DNA of 64,000 bases from the human T2T-CHM13v2.0 reference genome, Homo sapiens, in NCBI RefSeq assembly GCF_009914755.1, contig NC_060945.1, one strand, 5' to 3'. This document shows, one piece after another, positions 1 through 15,081 of the stretch. The position numbers and the translations under genes were made by a program. Positions within the stretch are counted from its first letter, which is position 1. Every line of letters begins with the position of its first letter. The notes below the pieces were generated by a model. The model had not been told where the DNA came from. It did not search any database and saw nothing but the letters and a program-made list of their open reading frames with translations.

Positions 1-149
1 CTCCAGCCTAAATTATTGGACCCAATATGCAAATATTTGGGATTTTGGCATATATATTCATAAGAGGTGTTGACCAGTGATAATCTTTTCTTGTATCACC
101 CTTATTCAGATTTGGTATCAACATGATACTTCATCATCTTTGTAATAAT

Positions 150-414
150 TTCTTTCTTTTTTTTAGAGACAGGGACTCTCTCTGTCACCCAGGCTAGAGT
201 GTAGTGGTGCTATCATATCCTACTGCAGCCTTGAAGTCCTGGACTCGAGTGATCTTCTTGCCTTAACTTCTTGATTAGCTGGGATTATAGGCGCAAACCA
301 CCATGCTCAGATAATTTTTAAATTTTCTTTTTGTAGAATAAGGGTCTTGCTATGTTGCCCAGGCTGGTCTTCAACTCCTGGGCTCAAGAAATTCTCCCAT
401 CTTGGCCTCCCAAA
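150..414 (-). mobile_element. AluJ SINE (5' end truncated)
   Basis: Poly-T followed by the reverse-complement Alu body with J-type motifs (tgcagccttga, ctgggctcaag). Confidence 0.9.
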
Positions 415-669
415 TGTCATAGTTTTGGAAAGGGAGGAATTTTTATTTCCTGGAAATTTGGCAAAATCGATTCTTAAATGGTCTGGATCTGGACCTTTTT
501 AAATATGGAGACACTTGCAGTAGCAATTAATCACTTTGGAAGGGTCGCTAGTCCATTCTGCTCACATTTCATTGGCCAGAAGGAGTCATTCTGGCCATAC
601 CTAATTTCAGATGGGGCGGGGTGGTAGAATCTTCCTCATCCTGGAAGCAGGGGGCACTCAGTCCAATAG

Positions 670-914
670 CACAAGGAAACAAATTTTGTCAATAATCTTG
701 AGTGAGCGTGGGAACAGATTCTTCCCGTCAAGGCTTCAGGTGAGAACACAGCCTGGCAAACACTTTGAATGCAGCTTTGTGAGACCCTAAGCAGAGGACC
801 CAGTTAAGCCTGCTTAAATTCGTGACTCACAGAAACTGTGAGATATTAAATACATATTGGTTTAAGGTGTTAAATTTGTGATAGCTTGTTATGTGGCAAT
901 AGAAAACTGATGTA
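670..914 (+). mobile_element. MLT1-family (MaLR) LTR, 3' part
   Basis: gagaccctaagcagaggacccagttaagcc ... cacagaaactgtgagat ... gcaatagaaaactgat resembles the MLT1D/E 3' end. Confidence 0.75.
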
Positions 915-2139
915 CTGATCTCTACTGACCTCCCCTTAGAAGTGGATTTGGGTTGATGAAGGGTGTTCGACTCTATTTAAGGTAACCAGCTTATTATTTA
1001 TTTTCTTTTATACAACGTTTTTTCTATTTATAAAAGTAATACAAATGTTTTGTGTAGAAAAATTGGAAGAAACAGAAAATTATAAAGTAGAAGATCAACA
1101 TTATCCTTAATCTTAGCACAAAAGGATATTCAGTGTTTTTTCCTACTTGTATTTATGTATGATATGCATATCCTAAAGTTGGGATTCATTCCAAAGTATG
1201 TTTTTTGAACCAATATTTTTCCTTTTACTAGATCATGAGCATTTCCTTGTCTCATAATGTGTTCTTCTAAAATATGATTTCAAATGGCTGCATACTATTC
1301 CAAAGAGTGTCCCAGTTTATTGAACCATTTCCCTATAGCTAGACATTTATGTTGCTTTAAAATACTCATCATGATAAATAATGCTTTGAAAAATATCCTA
1401 TACAAAAATCATTGTGCGTATCACTGATTGCTTCTAAATTTCTAAAGGTAGAACTATTAGCTCAAAGGTTGTAAATGTTTTTAAGTCCTTTTCTACCTAA
1501 CCATCTATTTTCCAACATTTCTAAAAAATAATGTAAGACTTAGACATCTGTTTCTGTAACTCACCAGGTTGGGATAGGACAGAACTATTGATTTTTGAGC
1601 ATCTAGGTTCCTGTTTTCTTAACCCTGTTTGCAGAGTGGTTTTAAATTATTCATTAAAGTGCAATATGGATTCTATTTATAGACGCATTTGTGTATGAGA
1701 TCGCTCCTTTAATGTTTGGGGAAAAGCCTACAAATTGCTATTATCACATTCCTATCTTTGTAAATCCTTTTCTACTCCTATTCACCCTTTCTTTGTTCTC
1801 AGTCAACCCAGTAGAGACACTGAGACAAATAAAGCCTTGTATCCTTATATTATTCAGACAGAATGGCTGTTCTGAGCCAGCCCTTGTTCTTTTCTTCTTG
1901 CCATTTATTAATTAGTTGATCTCAAAAAGATGAGAGATCAGAATATTAATGATTAATTCAAAAATATTTTTCCTGGTCCCTAAAGTAATGGATGTTTGTG
2001 TAGAAAATTTCTAAAGGAAAGATTAGCATAAAAAGCAGAATAAAATCTTGATAATTCTACTACCCACAGATGACTACTATTTAAACATAACTTGATCATG
2101 CCAGCTTATTCTTAAAATATGTGACTGGATTCTGATGGC

Positions 2140-2447
<308 letters not shown>

Positions 2448-3789
2448 TAATATTTTGTTTGGAGTTTTTGCATTTGTGCCTGTGAGTGAAATTGGCTTGT
2501 AATTTTCCTTTCTTATAGCTGTTCTCTTTTCTAATCTGAGATGAATGCTTAATTTATTAATTTGCAGCTTTTCCTTTTTTTCTAATATGTGTGTTTAAAG
2601 TGATATATTTTCTTGTAAACAATGCCTCAACTACATCATACAAAGTTTGATCTAAGGCATTTTCATTATTGTTTGTTATGCTTTCTAATTTCCATTATGG
2701 TTTTTTCTTGGATTCCTAGGTAATTTAGAAGAACGTTTAAACATTTCTAAACATATGCATATTTTCTTGTTTTATTATTCTTCAGCAAAATTATATTGCC
2801 CAAAGATCCTGCTTTCTATGATTTTAATCCTTTGAAATATGCTGATTTGCCTTGTAGCCCAGAATATGGTATGTAAGTTTTCTCAGATATTCCTATGTGC
2901 CTGGAAATAATTGGGTTCAATGTACTATACTAAATATTCTGTTTAGCTGAGTTGGTAAGCATGTTACATCTGCTTTCTTACTAGTTTTTTTTGGTTGTTA
3001 TATTCATTACTGAGATAATTACACAATTTCATGATGATTATGGATTTGTCTTATTTTTTCTAGCAGTTCTGCCAGTTTTTATGTATAAATTTTTGAGACT
3101 GTGTTGTCAGGGCCACACAGATTTAAAACTATTAGGTCTTCCTGATGAATGGAGACTTTAATTATTATGACTGGTTCTCTTTATATCTAGTAATTAATAT
3201 TTGACTTTATGATATGGTATGTCTGATGTTAATATTAACATAGCCATGCTAGATGTTTTAGGCTCATATTTACATACTATCTTTGTTTTTTATCTTATTC
3301 TCAACCTTACTATAGTTTTATGCTTTAGGTATGTCTCTTGCAAAGAGTATAGTTAGATATTTTTTTCATTCAATCTGACAGTCTTTGTCTTTTAATTGGA
3401 ACAGTTCATTTACATTAAATGTAATTACTGATCTATTTGGGTTTAAATTTACGATTCTATTATGTATTTGTCTTGTCCTACATTTTCTGTGTTTATTTTT
3501 CTCTCTTTTCTTGCATTATTTTAATCTGATAATGTGATTTTTTGAAAAAATCATTCCATTTTTCCACCTTCTCCAGTAGTTTGGAGATTGTCCTATTTTT
3601 TGTTCTTTTAGTGGTTATTGTGTAAATTGTTACTAACTTATCCAGATAATGTAGTTATACCTTTATCTTTCTCCTAGACAGATCATAGTTTCTTAGAAGA
3701 CTTGAACTCTATGACCCCCCTCCAGATTCATATGTGCTTATTATTATGCACTTTAATTCTATATATTCTTTTTAAATTCAGTGAAATAA

Positions 3790-3885
3790 ATTAATATTAA
3801 CGGTATTATATTAACAATATTGGTATTAATAGTATTATTACTGGTAACATTAACAGTATTGTATTAACAGTAATATTAACAGTTA
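3790..3885. repeat. Degenerate AT-rich tandem repeat (attaacag/tatt units)
   Basis: Repeated tattaaca(g) units are visible directly. Confidence 0.6.
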
Positions 3886-4023
3886 GTGTTCATTTAGATT
3901 TATTCAGATACTTGTCTTTTCTTTGCTCTTCATTGCTCCCTGGCATTTCTAACTTATTCTGGGATGATTTCATTTCTGCCCAAAGGGCCCTCTTTAGAAA
4001 TTCCTTTTTTGCAGGTCAGCTGA

Positions 4024-4335
<312 letters not shown>

Positions 4336-5299
4336 AACATTACATATTTTTTAATCTAAAAATATTTTTATTTCATCTTTTAACAAATTCTTTCAATTTA
4401 CTTAAACGTTTTGTGGGATATAATTCACACACTATAAAATTCACCCTTTTAAAGTTTACAATTGAGTGTTTTTTGGTGTATTTTCAAGGTCATGCAACTG
4501 TCATTACTACATAATTCCAGAACATTTTCTTCACTTTAAAAAGAAACCTCATACACAGTAACTACCTGTTTCTTCCTCCCCAAAGGCCCTGGCAACTGTG
4601 AATTTAGTTTTCATCTCTAAGAATTTGCCCATTATGGAAATTTCATATGAGTGGAATTATATAGTATGTGGCCTTTTGTGTCTGGCTTCTTTCACTTTGC
4701 ATAACATTTTCAAGCTTTATCCATGTTGTAGTATGTATCAGTATTTCATTCCTTTTTGTGGCTAATATTCAGTTGTATCGATATATGGCATTTTGTTTAT
4801 CCATTCATCAGTAGATAGACATTTCGGTTGTTTTTTGGCTGTTATGAACAACATGCTATGAACAGTAGTACGAGTTTTCATATGAATATATGTTTTCACT
4901 TGTCTTGGTTTACACTAGAAGTAGAATTGCTGAGTCATACAGTAACTCTGTTTAACTTTTTGAATAACTGCCAAATTGTTTCCCGAAGATGCTGCAACAT
5001 CTTCGGGAAACAATTTGGCAATGTAAAATTCCAAACAATTTGGAATGTAAAATGCTGCACCATTTTATATTCCCATCAGTAATTTATGAGGGTTCCAATT
5101 TCTGCACATTCTATTCTCTCAAACACTTGTTATTTTCCAGTTTTTTGATTATAGCCATGTAGTGGGTGGGAAGTAGTAGATATTGTGGCATAAATTAGCA
5201 TTTCTGTAGTGACTGATGGTATTCAGCCCTTTTTATGTACTGCTTATTGGCCCTTTTTGTTTTTTCTTTGGAGAAATGGCTATTTAAATCCTTTGCCCA

Positions 5300-6378
5300 A
5301 GACTTCATGACTAAAACACCAAAAGCAATGGCAACAGAAGCCAAAATTAACAAATGGGATCTAATTAAACTAAAGAGCTTCTGCACAGCAAAAGAAACTA
5401 TCATCAGAGTGAACAGGCAACCTACAGAATGGGAGAACGTCTTTACAATCTATCCATCTGACAAAGGTCTAATATCCAGAGCCTACAAAGTACTTAAACA
5501 AATTTTCAAGAAAAAAAAACCCATCAAAAAGTGGGCAAGGCATATGAACAGAAGAAGACATTTATGCAGCCAACAGACACATGAAAAAATGCTCATCATA
5601 ACTGGTCATTAGAGAAATGCAAATGAAAACCACAATGAGATACCGTCTCACACCAGTTTGAATGGCAATCCTTAAAAAGTCAGGAAACAACAGATGCTGG
5701 AGAGGATGTGGAGAAATAGGAAAGCTTTTACACTTTTGGTGGGAGTATAAATTAGTTCAACCATTGTGGAAGACAGTGTGGCGATTTCTCAAGGATCTAG
5801 AACCAGAAATACCATTTGACCCAGCAATCCCATTACTGGGTATATACCCAAAGGATTATAAATCATTCTACTGTAAATACACATGCATGCATATGTTTAT
5901 TGCAGCATTGTTCACGATAGCAAAGACTTGGAACCCACCCAAATGCCCATCAGTGATAGACTGGATAAAGAAAATGTGGCACATATACACCATGGAATAC
6001 TATGCAGCCATAAAAAAGGATGAGTTCATATCCTTTGCAGGGACATGGATGAAGCTGGAAACCATCATTCTCAGCAAACTAACACAAGAACAGAAAACCA
6101 AACACCGCATGTTCTCACTCATAAGTGGGAGTTGAACAATGAGAACACATGGACACAGGGAGGGGAACATCATACACCAGGGCCTGTCGGTGGTGGGGGC
6201 CTAGGGGAGGGATAGCATTAGGAGAACTACCTAATGTAGATGACGGGTTGATGGGTGCAGCAAACCACCGTGGCATGTGTATACCTGTGTAACAAACCTG
6301 CACGTTCTGCACATGTATTCCAGAACTTAAAGTATAATAAATTAAAAAAAATAGCTGAAAACAAAAACAAAAATAAAT
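5300..6378 (+). mobile_element. 5'-truncated L1PA (L1PA6/7-like)
   Basis: ORF2 C-terminal translation (CWRGCGEIG...HRMFSLISGS), L1PA 3'UTR and A-tail; TSD taaatcctttgccca at 5285-5299 and 6378-6392. Confidence 0.95.
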
Positions 6379-6504
6379 AAATCCTTTGCCCATTTAAAAA
6401 CTGGATTGTCTTTTTATCGCTGAGTTGTAAGTGTTCTTTATGTATTCTGTATGTTAGTCCCTTATCAGGTATATGATTTGCAAATATTTTCCCTCCAACT
6501 GTGA

Positions 6505-6817
<313 letters not shown>

Positions 6818-8009
6818 TCATTTTCTTGATAGTATCCTTTGATGCACAAATGATTTTTATTTTGGTAATACTGCATTTATCTATTTTTTTCTTTTGTTGC
6901 TTGTGCTTTGTCATATTTAAGACATTGCTTAATCCTAGGTCACAAAGATTTACACCTCCGTTTTATTCTAAGGGTTTTATAGTTTTAGCTCTGAAATTTA
7001 GGTCTTTGGTGCGTTTTGAGTTAATTTTTGTCTATGGTATGAAGGAGGAGTTTAACTTCATTCTTCTGCCTGTGGCTGTCTAGTCCTAGTACCATTTGTT
7101 CAAAAGACTACCTATTGAATGGCCTTAGCACTTCTGTCAAAACTCAGTTGACCATAAAATATGGGTTTATTTCTGAACTCTCAACTCTATTCCATGGACC
7201 TATATGTCTCTCTCTATGCCAGCAGCACACAGTCTTGATTATTGTAGCTTTGTAGTAAGTTTTAAGATTGGAAAGTGTGAGTCCTTCAACTTTGGTCTTT
7301 TTATTTATTTTGGTTATTCCTGGTCCCTTGCATTTTCATATGATTTTTAGGTTTGGTTTGTCACTTTCTGGAAAAAAAAAAAGGCAGGTAGAATTTTGAT
7401 GGGGATTAATTGAATCTGTAGATAATTCGGGGAGTATTGTCAGGTTAACAATATTAAGTTTTCCAATCCATGAGCATAGGATTTAGTAGCTATAATAGTT
7501 TTTTAGTGGATTCCTGAGGATTTTTTATATGCAAGATTATATTATCTGCAGATATAGATACTTTTAATTCTTTGCTTCTAATCTGCATGCCTTTTTAAAA
7601 TTTTTCTCATGCAATTGCCCTGGTTATAAGCTTTAACACAATGTTTAATTGTTGTGGCAAGGGTGGACATCATTGTTTGTTCCTTATCTTAGGGGGAAAG
7701 CTTTTAGCCTCTCACCAGTAAGTATAGGTAGCTGTGAATTTTTATAGATGCCCTTAATTAGGTTGAGGAATTTCCCTTCTATCCCTATTTTGTTGAGTGT
7801 TATTATCATGAAAGCGTGTTGAATGTTGTCAGATGCTTTTCCTGCATCTATACTGTTATTTTTGTCCTTTATTATATTAATGTCATGTATTACATTGATT
7901 CAGTTTTGTATGTTGAGCCAACTTTGAATTCCCTAGATAAATCCCACTTGTCATGGCATATAATCCTTTTTATATATTGGTGGATTCGGTTTTGCAAGTG
8001 TTTTGTTGA

Positions 8010-8300
<291 letters not shown>

Positions 8301-9033
8301 TTGTTAAGGATTTTTAAGTTTGTATTCTTAAGACATGTTAATCTATAGTTTTCTTGTGATCTCTTTGTCTGGTTTTGGTATTAGGGTAATACTGGCCTTA
8401 TAGAATGAGTTGGCAAGTGTCCGTTTCTCCTTGTGAAGGATTGGTGTTCATTCTTTAAATGTTTGATAGAATTTAATAGTGAAGCCATCTGTTTCTAATT
8501 TTTCCTTGTGGGAAATTTTTAAAATACTGAATATCTTTACTTGTTTTAGGTTTTTTTCAGATGTACTGTTTTTTAAGTTTTGATAGTTTCTGTCTTTCTA
8601 GGAATTTGTGAATTTCACCTAGGTTATCTAATTTATTGGCCATCAGTTGTTCATAATATTTCTTTATAGTCCTTTTATTTCTGTAAGGTTGGTAGTTTTC
8701 TTTCTGATTTTAGTAAATTGAGTCTTCCCTCTTTTTTTCTTGGTCATTCTAGATAAAAGTTTGTCAGTTTCATTGGTCTTTTTTTAAAAAAAAAACTTTG
8801 GTTTCATTGTTGTTTTTCTATTTTCTGTTTCATTTTTGCTCGAATATTTGTTTTTTTCTTTCTTCCACTTGCAAAGGTTTAGTTGGCTCTTTTTCTGATT
8901 TCTTAAGGTAGAACGTTAGGTTATTGATTTGAGATATTTCTCTTTTAACATAGGTGTTTACAGCTATAATTTTGTAAGAACTGCTTTTACTGCCTTTCAT
9001 AAGTTTTGATATGTTGTGCTTTCTTTTACTTTC

Positions 9034-9355
<322 letters not shown>

Positions 9356-9827
9356 TAATGATCTCAAAGTATTTTCTAATTTCCCTTGTGGTTTCTCCCT
9401 TGACTCTGGTTATTTAGCAGTGTATTGTTAAATTTCCACAAACTTTTGAATTTCTTAAATTTTTATCTGTTACTGATTTCTATTTTTTTCCCTTGTGGTT
9501 GGGGAACATATTTTATATTACTTCAATCCTTTAAAATTTTGGGACTTATTTTCTTGGCTAACACCTGGTCTGTTCTAGAGAATGTTCCATGTGTATTTGA
9601 GAATAATGTGTTTTCTGCTTTTTGAATGGAGAATTCTATAAATGTCTGCTAGGTCTAATTAGTTTATTAGTATTGTTTAAATCTTTTGTTTTCTTTCTGA
9701 TTTTCTGTCTTGCATTCCATCCTGTATTGAAAACGGACTTTTGAAGTTTCCAACTGTTACTGTCGAACTGTCTGATTCTCCCTTTTTTCTCTTAATTTTT
9801 TGTTTCATGCATTCTGGGGCTTTATTT

Positions 9828-9872
9828 TATATGTATACACACACACATATATATATGTATATATATGTATAT
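9828..9872. repeat. (TA)/(CA) microsatellite
   Basis: Seen directly. Confidence 0.85.
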
Positions 9873-10454
9873 AATTGTTAGAGCTTCTTGATGAATTGAC
9901 CTTTTTATAGTTATAAAATATTCTTTGTCTGTAATAACAATTTTTGTATTAAAGACCGTTTTTTTCTGATGTTAATATAGCCATTCAAGCTCTCCTTTGG
10001 TTACTGTTTGCATTGTATATATTTTTCCATGCTTTTAACTTATTTGTTCGTTGTATTTAAGTGTCTTTCTTGTATACTACATATAACTGAATCATTAAAA
10101 AATCCATTTAGACAATTTCTGTGCTTATATTGGAATGTTTAATCCATTTACATTTAATGCAATTTTGACAAGGTGAAATTTATGCCAGCCATTTTGCTTC
10201 TTGTTTTCTCTATGCAATGTCTTTTTGAATTTTCTATTACTCCATTACTGACTTTGTGTTAAATAGATATTTTCATTTATTTTACTATTTTTTATTTTCT
10301 TAGGGGTTACTTGGGGTCTTACTACTGGCAATTTGTAACAGTTTAGTTTGGATTAGTACCAGTCTAATTTCACTAGTATACAGAAACTTTGCTTCTGTAT
10401 ATCTCCATTCCCTCCTTCTTCCTTTGTGCTGTTATTGTCATACAAAGTACATCT

Positions 10455-10760
<306 letters not shown>

Positions 10761-11867
10761 TTGTACATTCTGTTCACTTCAACACAGATTTGTAATTACT
10801 GGCTTTTACAGTTATCTGTACTTGTTACAGTTTTGTTTTTAATAATTTTTATTTTTCAATTTAAAAATAGATTTAGAGGGAACAAGTACAGTTTTATTAC
10901 ATGCATATATTGCATGCTGGTGAAGTCTAGGCTTTTAGTATAAGCATCACCTGAATAGTGTACATTTTAACCATTAGGTAATTTCTCATTCCCCACCCCC
11001 TCTCACCCTCCCACCTTTCCAAATATCTGGTGTCTATTATTACATTCTGTGTGTCCATGTGTATATATTACTTAGCTCCCATATTCTCTCGTAAGTGAGA
11101 ATATATGGTATTTGACTTTCTGAATTATTTCACTTAAGATAATGGCCTCCATTTCTATCCATGTTGCTGCAAAGGACATGATTTCATTTTTTTATGTGGC
11201 TTAGTAGTATTTTTTGGTATATGTATACTACATTTTCTTTATCCAGTCAGCTGTTGATGGATACTTAGGTTGGTTCCATATCTTTCTATCATGAATAGTG
11301 CTGTAATAACATACGAGTACAAGCATCTTTTTGATACAGTGATTTCTTTTCCTTTGGGTAGATAGCCAGTAGTGGGATTGCCAGATCAAATGGTAGTTCT
11401 ATTTCTATTTTTAGTTCTTTGAGAAATCTCCACACTGTTTTCCATAGAGATTGTACTAATTTACATTTGTGTTCCTTTTCTCTGCATACTTGCCAACATC
11501 TGTCATTTTTTGACTTTTTAATAATAGCCATTCTGAGTGTTGTAAGATGATATCTCATTGTTGTTTTAATTTGCATTTCTCTGGTGATTAGTGATGTTGA
11601 GCACTTTTTCAAATGTTTTTTGGCCATTTGTATATCTTTTGAAAAATGCCTGTTCATGTTTGCTTACTTTTAATGGGGTTATTTTTTTTTCTTGTCGAGT
11701 TGTTTGAGTTTCTTGTAGATCCTGGATATTAGTCTTTTGTTGGATGTATAGTTTGCAGATATTTCTCCCATTCTGCAGGTTGTCTCTTCACTCTGTTGAT
11801 GATTATTTTTGCTGTGTAGACACTTTTAAGTTATTATTAAGTCCCATTTGTCTATTTTTGTTATTGT

Positions 11868-12109
11868 TGATCTCGGTTCACTGCAGCCTCTGCCTCCCAG
11901 GCTCAAGTGATCCTCCTGTCTCAGCCTCTCAAGTAGTTGGGACTACAGGTATGTGCCAATATACCTAAGTTTTTTTTTTTTTTTTTTTTGTAGAGATGGG
12001 GTTTCACCATATTGCTTAGGCTGGTCCTGAGCTCCTGGGCTCAAGCAATCTGCCTGCCTTCAGCCTTCCAGAGTGTTGGGATTACAGGTGTGAGCCACTG
12101 TGCCTGGCC
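11868..12109 (-). mobile_element. AluJ-like element lacking its 3' end and A-tail
   Basis: The Alu body starts internally at tgatctcgg and has no poly-T. Confidence 0.85.
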
Positions 12110-12174
12110 TGCATTTGCTTTTGAGGTCTTAGTCATGAATTATTTGCCTAGGCCAATGTCCAGAAGAGTTTTTC

Positions 12175-13167
12175 TGTGGGCGGCAAGCCACCCAGGTGCT
12201 GAGGCAAGAGACTGAGGGCACGAGCTGTTCCAGTATAATAAAATATATAAAATAACAAGAGTTATACTAGATATAGATCATAGATATGATTATATGTAAG
12301 TATCACTAATCATTAGTTTGTAGTAATTACTCTTTATTCAAATATTATAATAATCCCCGCTCTACAATCATAACCTAGAAAAAACCGGGCCATACAGAAA
12401 TAGGAGCTGAAGGGACATGGTGAGAAGTGACCAGAAGACAAGAGTGTGAGCCCTCTGTCACACCTGGACAGGGCCATTAGAGGGCTCCTTGGTCTAGCGG
12501 TAACGCCAGTGTCTGTTGCCAAGTGGACTGTGGTTTAGTGGTAGCGTCAGTGCCAAGGAAAAGCACCCGCTACTTAGCAGACTGGGAAAGGGAGTCTCCC
12601 TTTCCCTGGGGGAGTTTAGAAAAGACTCTACTACACCACCTCTTGTGGAGGGCCTGACATCAGTCAGGCCTGCCCACAGTTATCTGGAGGCTTAACCGTC
12701 TCCCTGTGATACTGTGCTTCAGCTGTCACACTCCTGGTCCGCTTTCATGTTCCATCCTGTACACCTGGCTCTGCCTTCTGACAACAGTAGCAAAATTAGT
12801 GAAAGTACTAAAAGTCTCTGATATGCAGAAATAATGGCGTAAGCTGTCTCCTCTCTCTCTCTCTCTCTCCACCTTGGCTGCCAAACAGGGAAGGGCCCCC
12901 TGTCCAGTGAACACGTGACCCACGTGACCTTACCTATCATTGCAGATGGCTCACACTCCTTACCCTGCCCCCTTGTCTTGTATCCAATAAATAACAGCGC
13001 AGCCTGGCATTCGGGGCCACTACTGGTGTCCGCGTCTTGGTGGTAGTGGTCGCCCGGGCCCAGCTGTTTTTTCTTTTATCTCTTTGTCTTGTGTCTTTAT
13101 TTCTGCCATCTCTCATCTCTGTGCATAGGGAGGAAAACCCACCGACCCTGTGGGGCTGGTCCCTACA
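12175..13167 (+). mobile_element. Solo LTR13 (ERVK-class LTR)
   Basis: Starts TGTGGGCGGCAAGCCACCCAGG, ends GGGGCTGGTCCCTACA, ~990 bp, internal AATAAA; 6-bp TSD tttttc/tctttc. Confidence 0.88.
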
Positions 13168-13431
13168 TCTTTCCTAGGTTTTCTGGAATTTTTATAGTTT
13201 TAGGTCTTACATTTAAGTTTTTAATCCATCTTGAGTTAATTTTTGTATATGGTGAGAGATAAGGGTCTAGTTTTCTTCTGCGTATGGCTATCCAGTTTTC
13301 CTAGCATCATTTATTGAATAGAGTGTTTTTCCCCAGTGTTTTGTTAACTTTTCAAAGATCAGTTTTCTGTTGGTGTGTGGCTTTATTTCTGATTTTCTAT
13401 TCTGTCCCCATTGATCTATGTGTCTCTTTTA

Positions 13432-13572
<141 letters not shown>

Positions 13573-13696
13573 CTAACTCTATGAAAAATGACATTAGTGT
13601 TCTGATAGGAATTGCATTGAATCTGTGGATTGCTTTGGGCAGTATGTTCATTTTATTATACTGATTTTTCCAATTCATGAGCATAGGATGTTTTTC

Positions 13697-14590
13697 TTTT
13701 TTTTTCTTTTTTTTCTTTTTAACTGTTTCCAACTTTTATTAAAAATACAAACTCACATGTATAATAAACTCAGTAAAACCCAAGGAGAGTAAATACACAC
13801 ACGCATAAATCACACCTAGAAATAGCATAGTGAAACTGTTTGAACTAAAAATAAAGATAAAATCCTAAAAGAAGTCAGAAAGAAATCACATATATACAGA
13901 ATAATAATAATATAAATCACAAACAACTTCTCACCAAAAATAATAGAAGCTAGAAGGCAATTGTACAATATTTTTAATGTGATGAAAGAAAATAAACTAT
14001 CAACCTAGAACTCCATATTTAACAAAAATATCCTTCAAAACTGAAGGTGAAATAAAGGCATTTTCAGTTCAATTGAAAGCAAAGAGAATTAATTGCCAGC
14101 AAATGTGCACTATGAGAAGTGAAAAAAAAAGTTATCCAAGACAAAGTAAAATAATACCATACAGAAATTCAAATATACAGGATAGAATATTTCAAGGGGA
14201 CTAAAATTATAATAACATTAGCTAAATATATTTTCTTAATTTCTTTCAGAGACAAAGAGCTTTTATTTTTTTTAATTTTTTTTTTCTTTTTTTATTATAC
14301 TTTAAGTTTTAGGGTACATGTGCACATTGTGCAGGTTAGTTACATATGTATACATGTGCCATGCTGGTGCGCTGCACCCACTAACTCGTCATCTAGCATT
14401 AGGTATATCTCCCAATGCTATCCCTCCCCCCTCCCCCCCACCCCACCACAGTCCCCAGAGTGTGATATTCCCTTTCCTGTGTCCATGTGATCTCATTGTT
14501 CAATTCCCACCTATGAGTGAGAATATGCGGTGTTTGGTTTTTTGTTCTTGCGATAGTTTACTGAGAATGATGATTTCCAATTTCATCCGT
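13697..14590 (-). mobile_element. 5'-truncated L1PA2-like element (14261-14590) plus a ~540 bp 3' transduction (13721-14260) and a second poly-A
   Basis: TSD gatgtttttc at 13687-13696 and 14591-14600; two poly-T tracts; AATAAA on the - strand at 13735-13740; GATGACGAGTTAG is the non-Ta diagnostic. Confidence 0.88.
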
Positions 14591-14784
14591 GATGTTTTTC
14601 ATATGGTTGTGTCATCTACAGTTTCTTTCATCAGCATTTTGCAGTTGTCCTTGTAGAAATCTTTCACCTTCATGGTTAAATGTATTCCTAGGTATTTTAT
14701 TATTTTTTTGTAGCTATCACAAATGAAATTGAGTTCTTTATTTGGTTTTCAGCTTGATTGTTATTGGTGTTTAGAAATACTACT

Positions 14785-15081
14785 GCTGGGGTACAGTGGT
14801 TCATGCCTATAATTCCAGCATTTTGGGAGGCCAAGGCAGGAGGATCACTTGAGGCCAGGAGTTCAAGACTGCCCTGGGTAACATGATGAGACCCCATATC
14901 TACAAAAAAATAAAAATAAAAAATTAGACAGGCATGGTGGTACATGCCTGTAGTCCTAGCTCCTTGGGGGGCTGAGGTGGGAGAATCACTTGAGCTCAGG
15001 AGTTTGAGGCTACAGTGAGCCTTGATCACACCATTGCACCCCGGCCTATGTCACAGAGTGAGATCCCACCTTTAAAAAAAA
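14785..15081 (+). mobile_element. AluJ SINE
   Basis: Full dimer; TSD-like agaaatactactg/agaagtgctactg. Confidence 0.92.

Noticed and set aside
5235-6135. ORFs of 125 and 157 aa
   Set aside because: They are frameshifted L1 ORF2 C-terminal remnants of a truncated L1PA, not a host gene.
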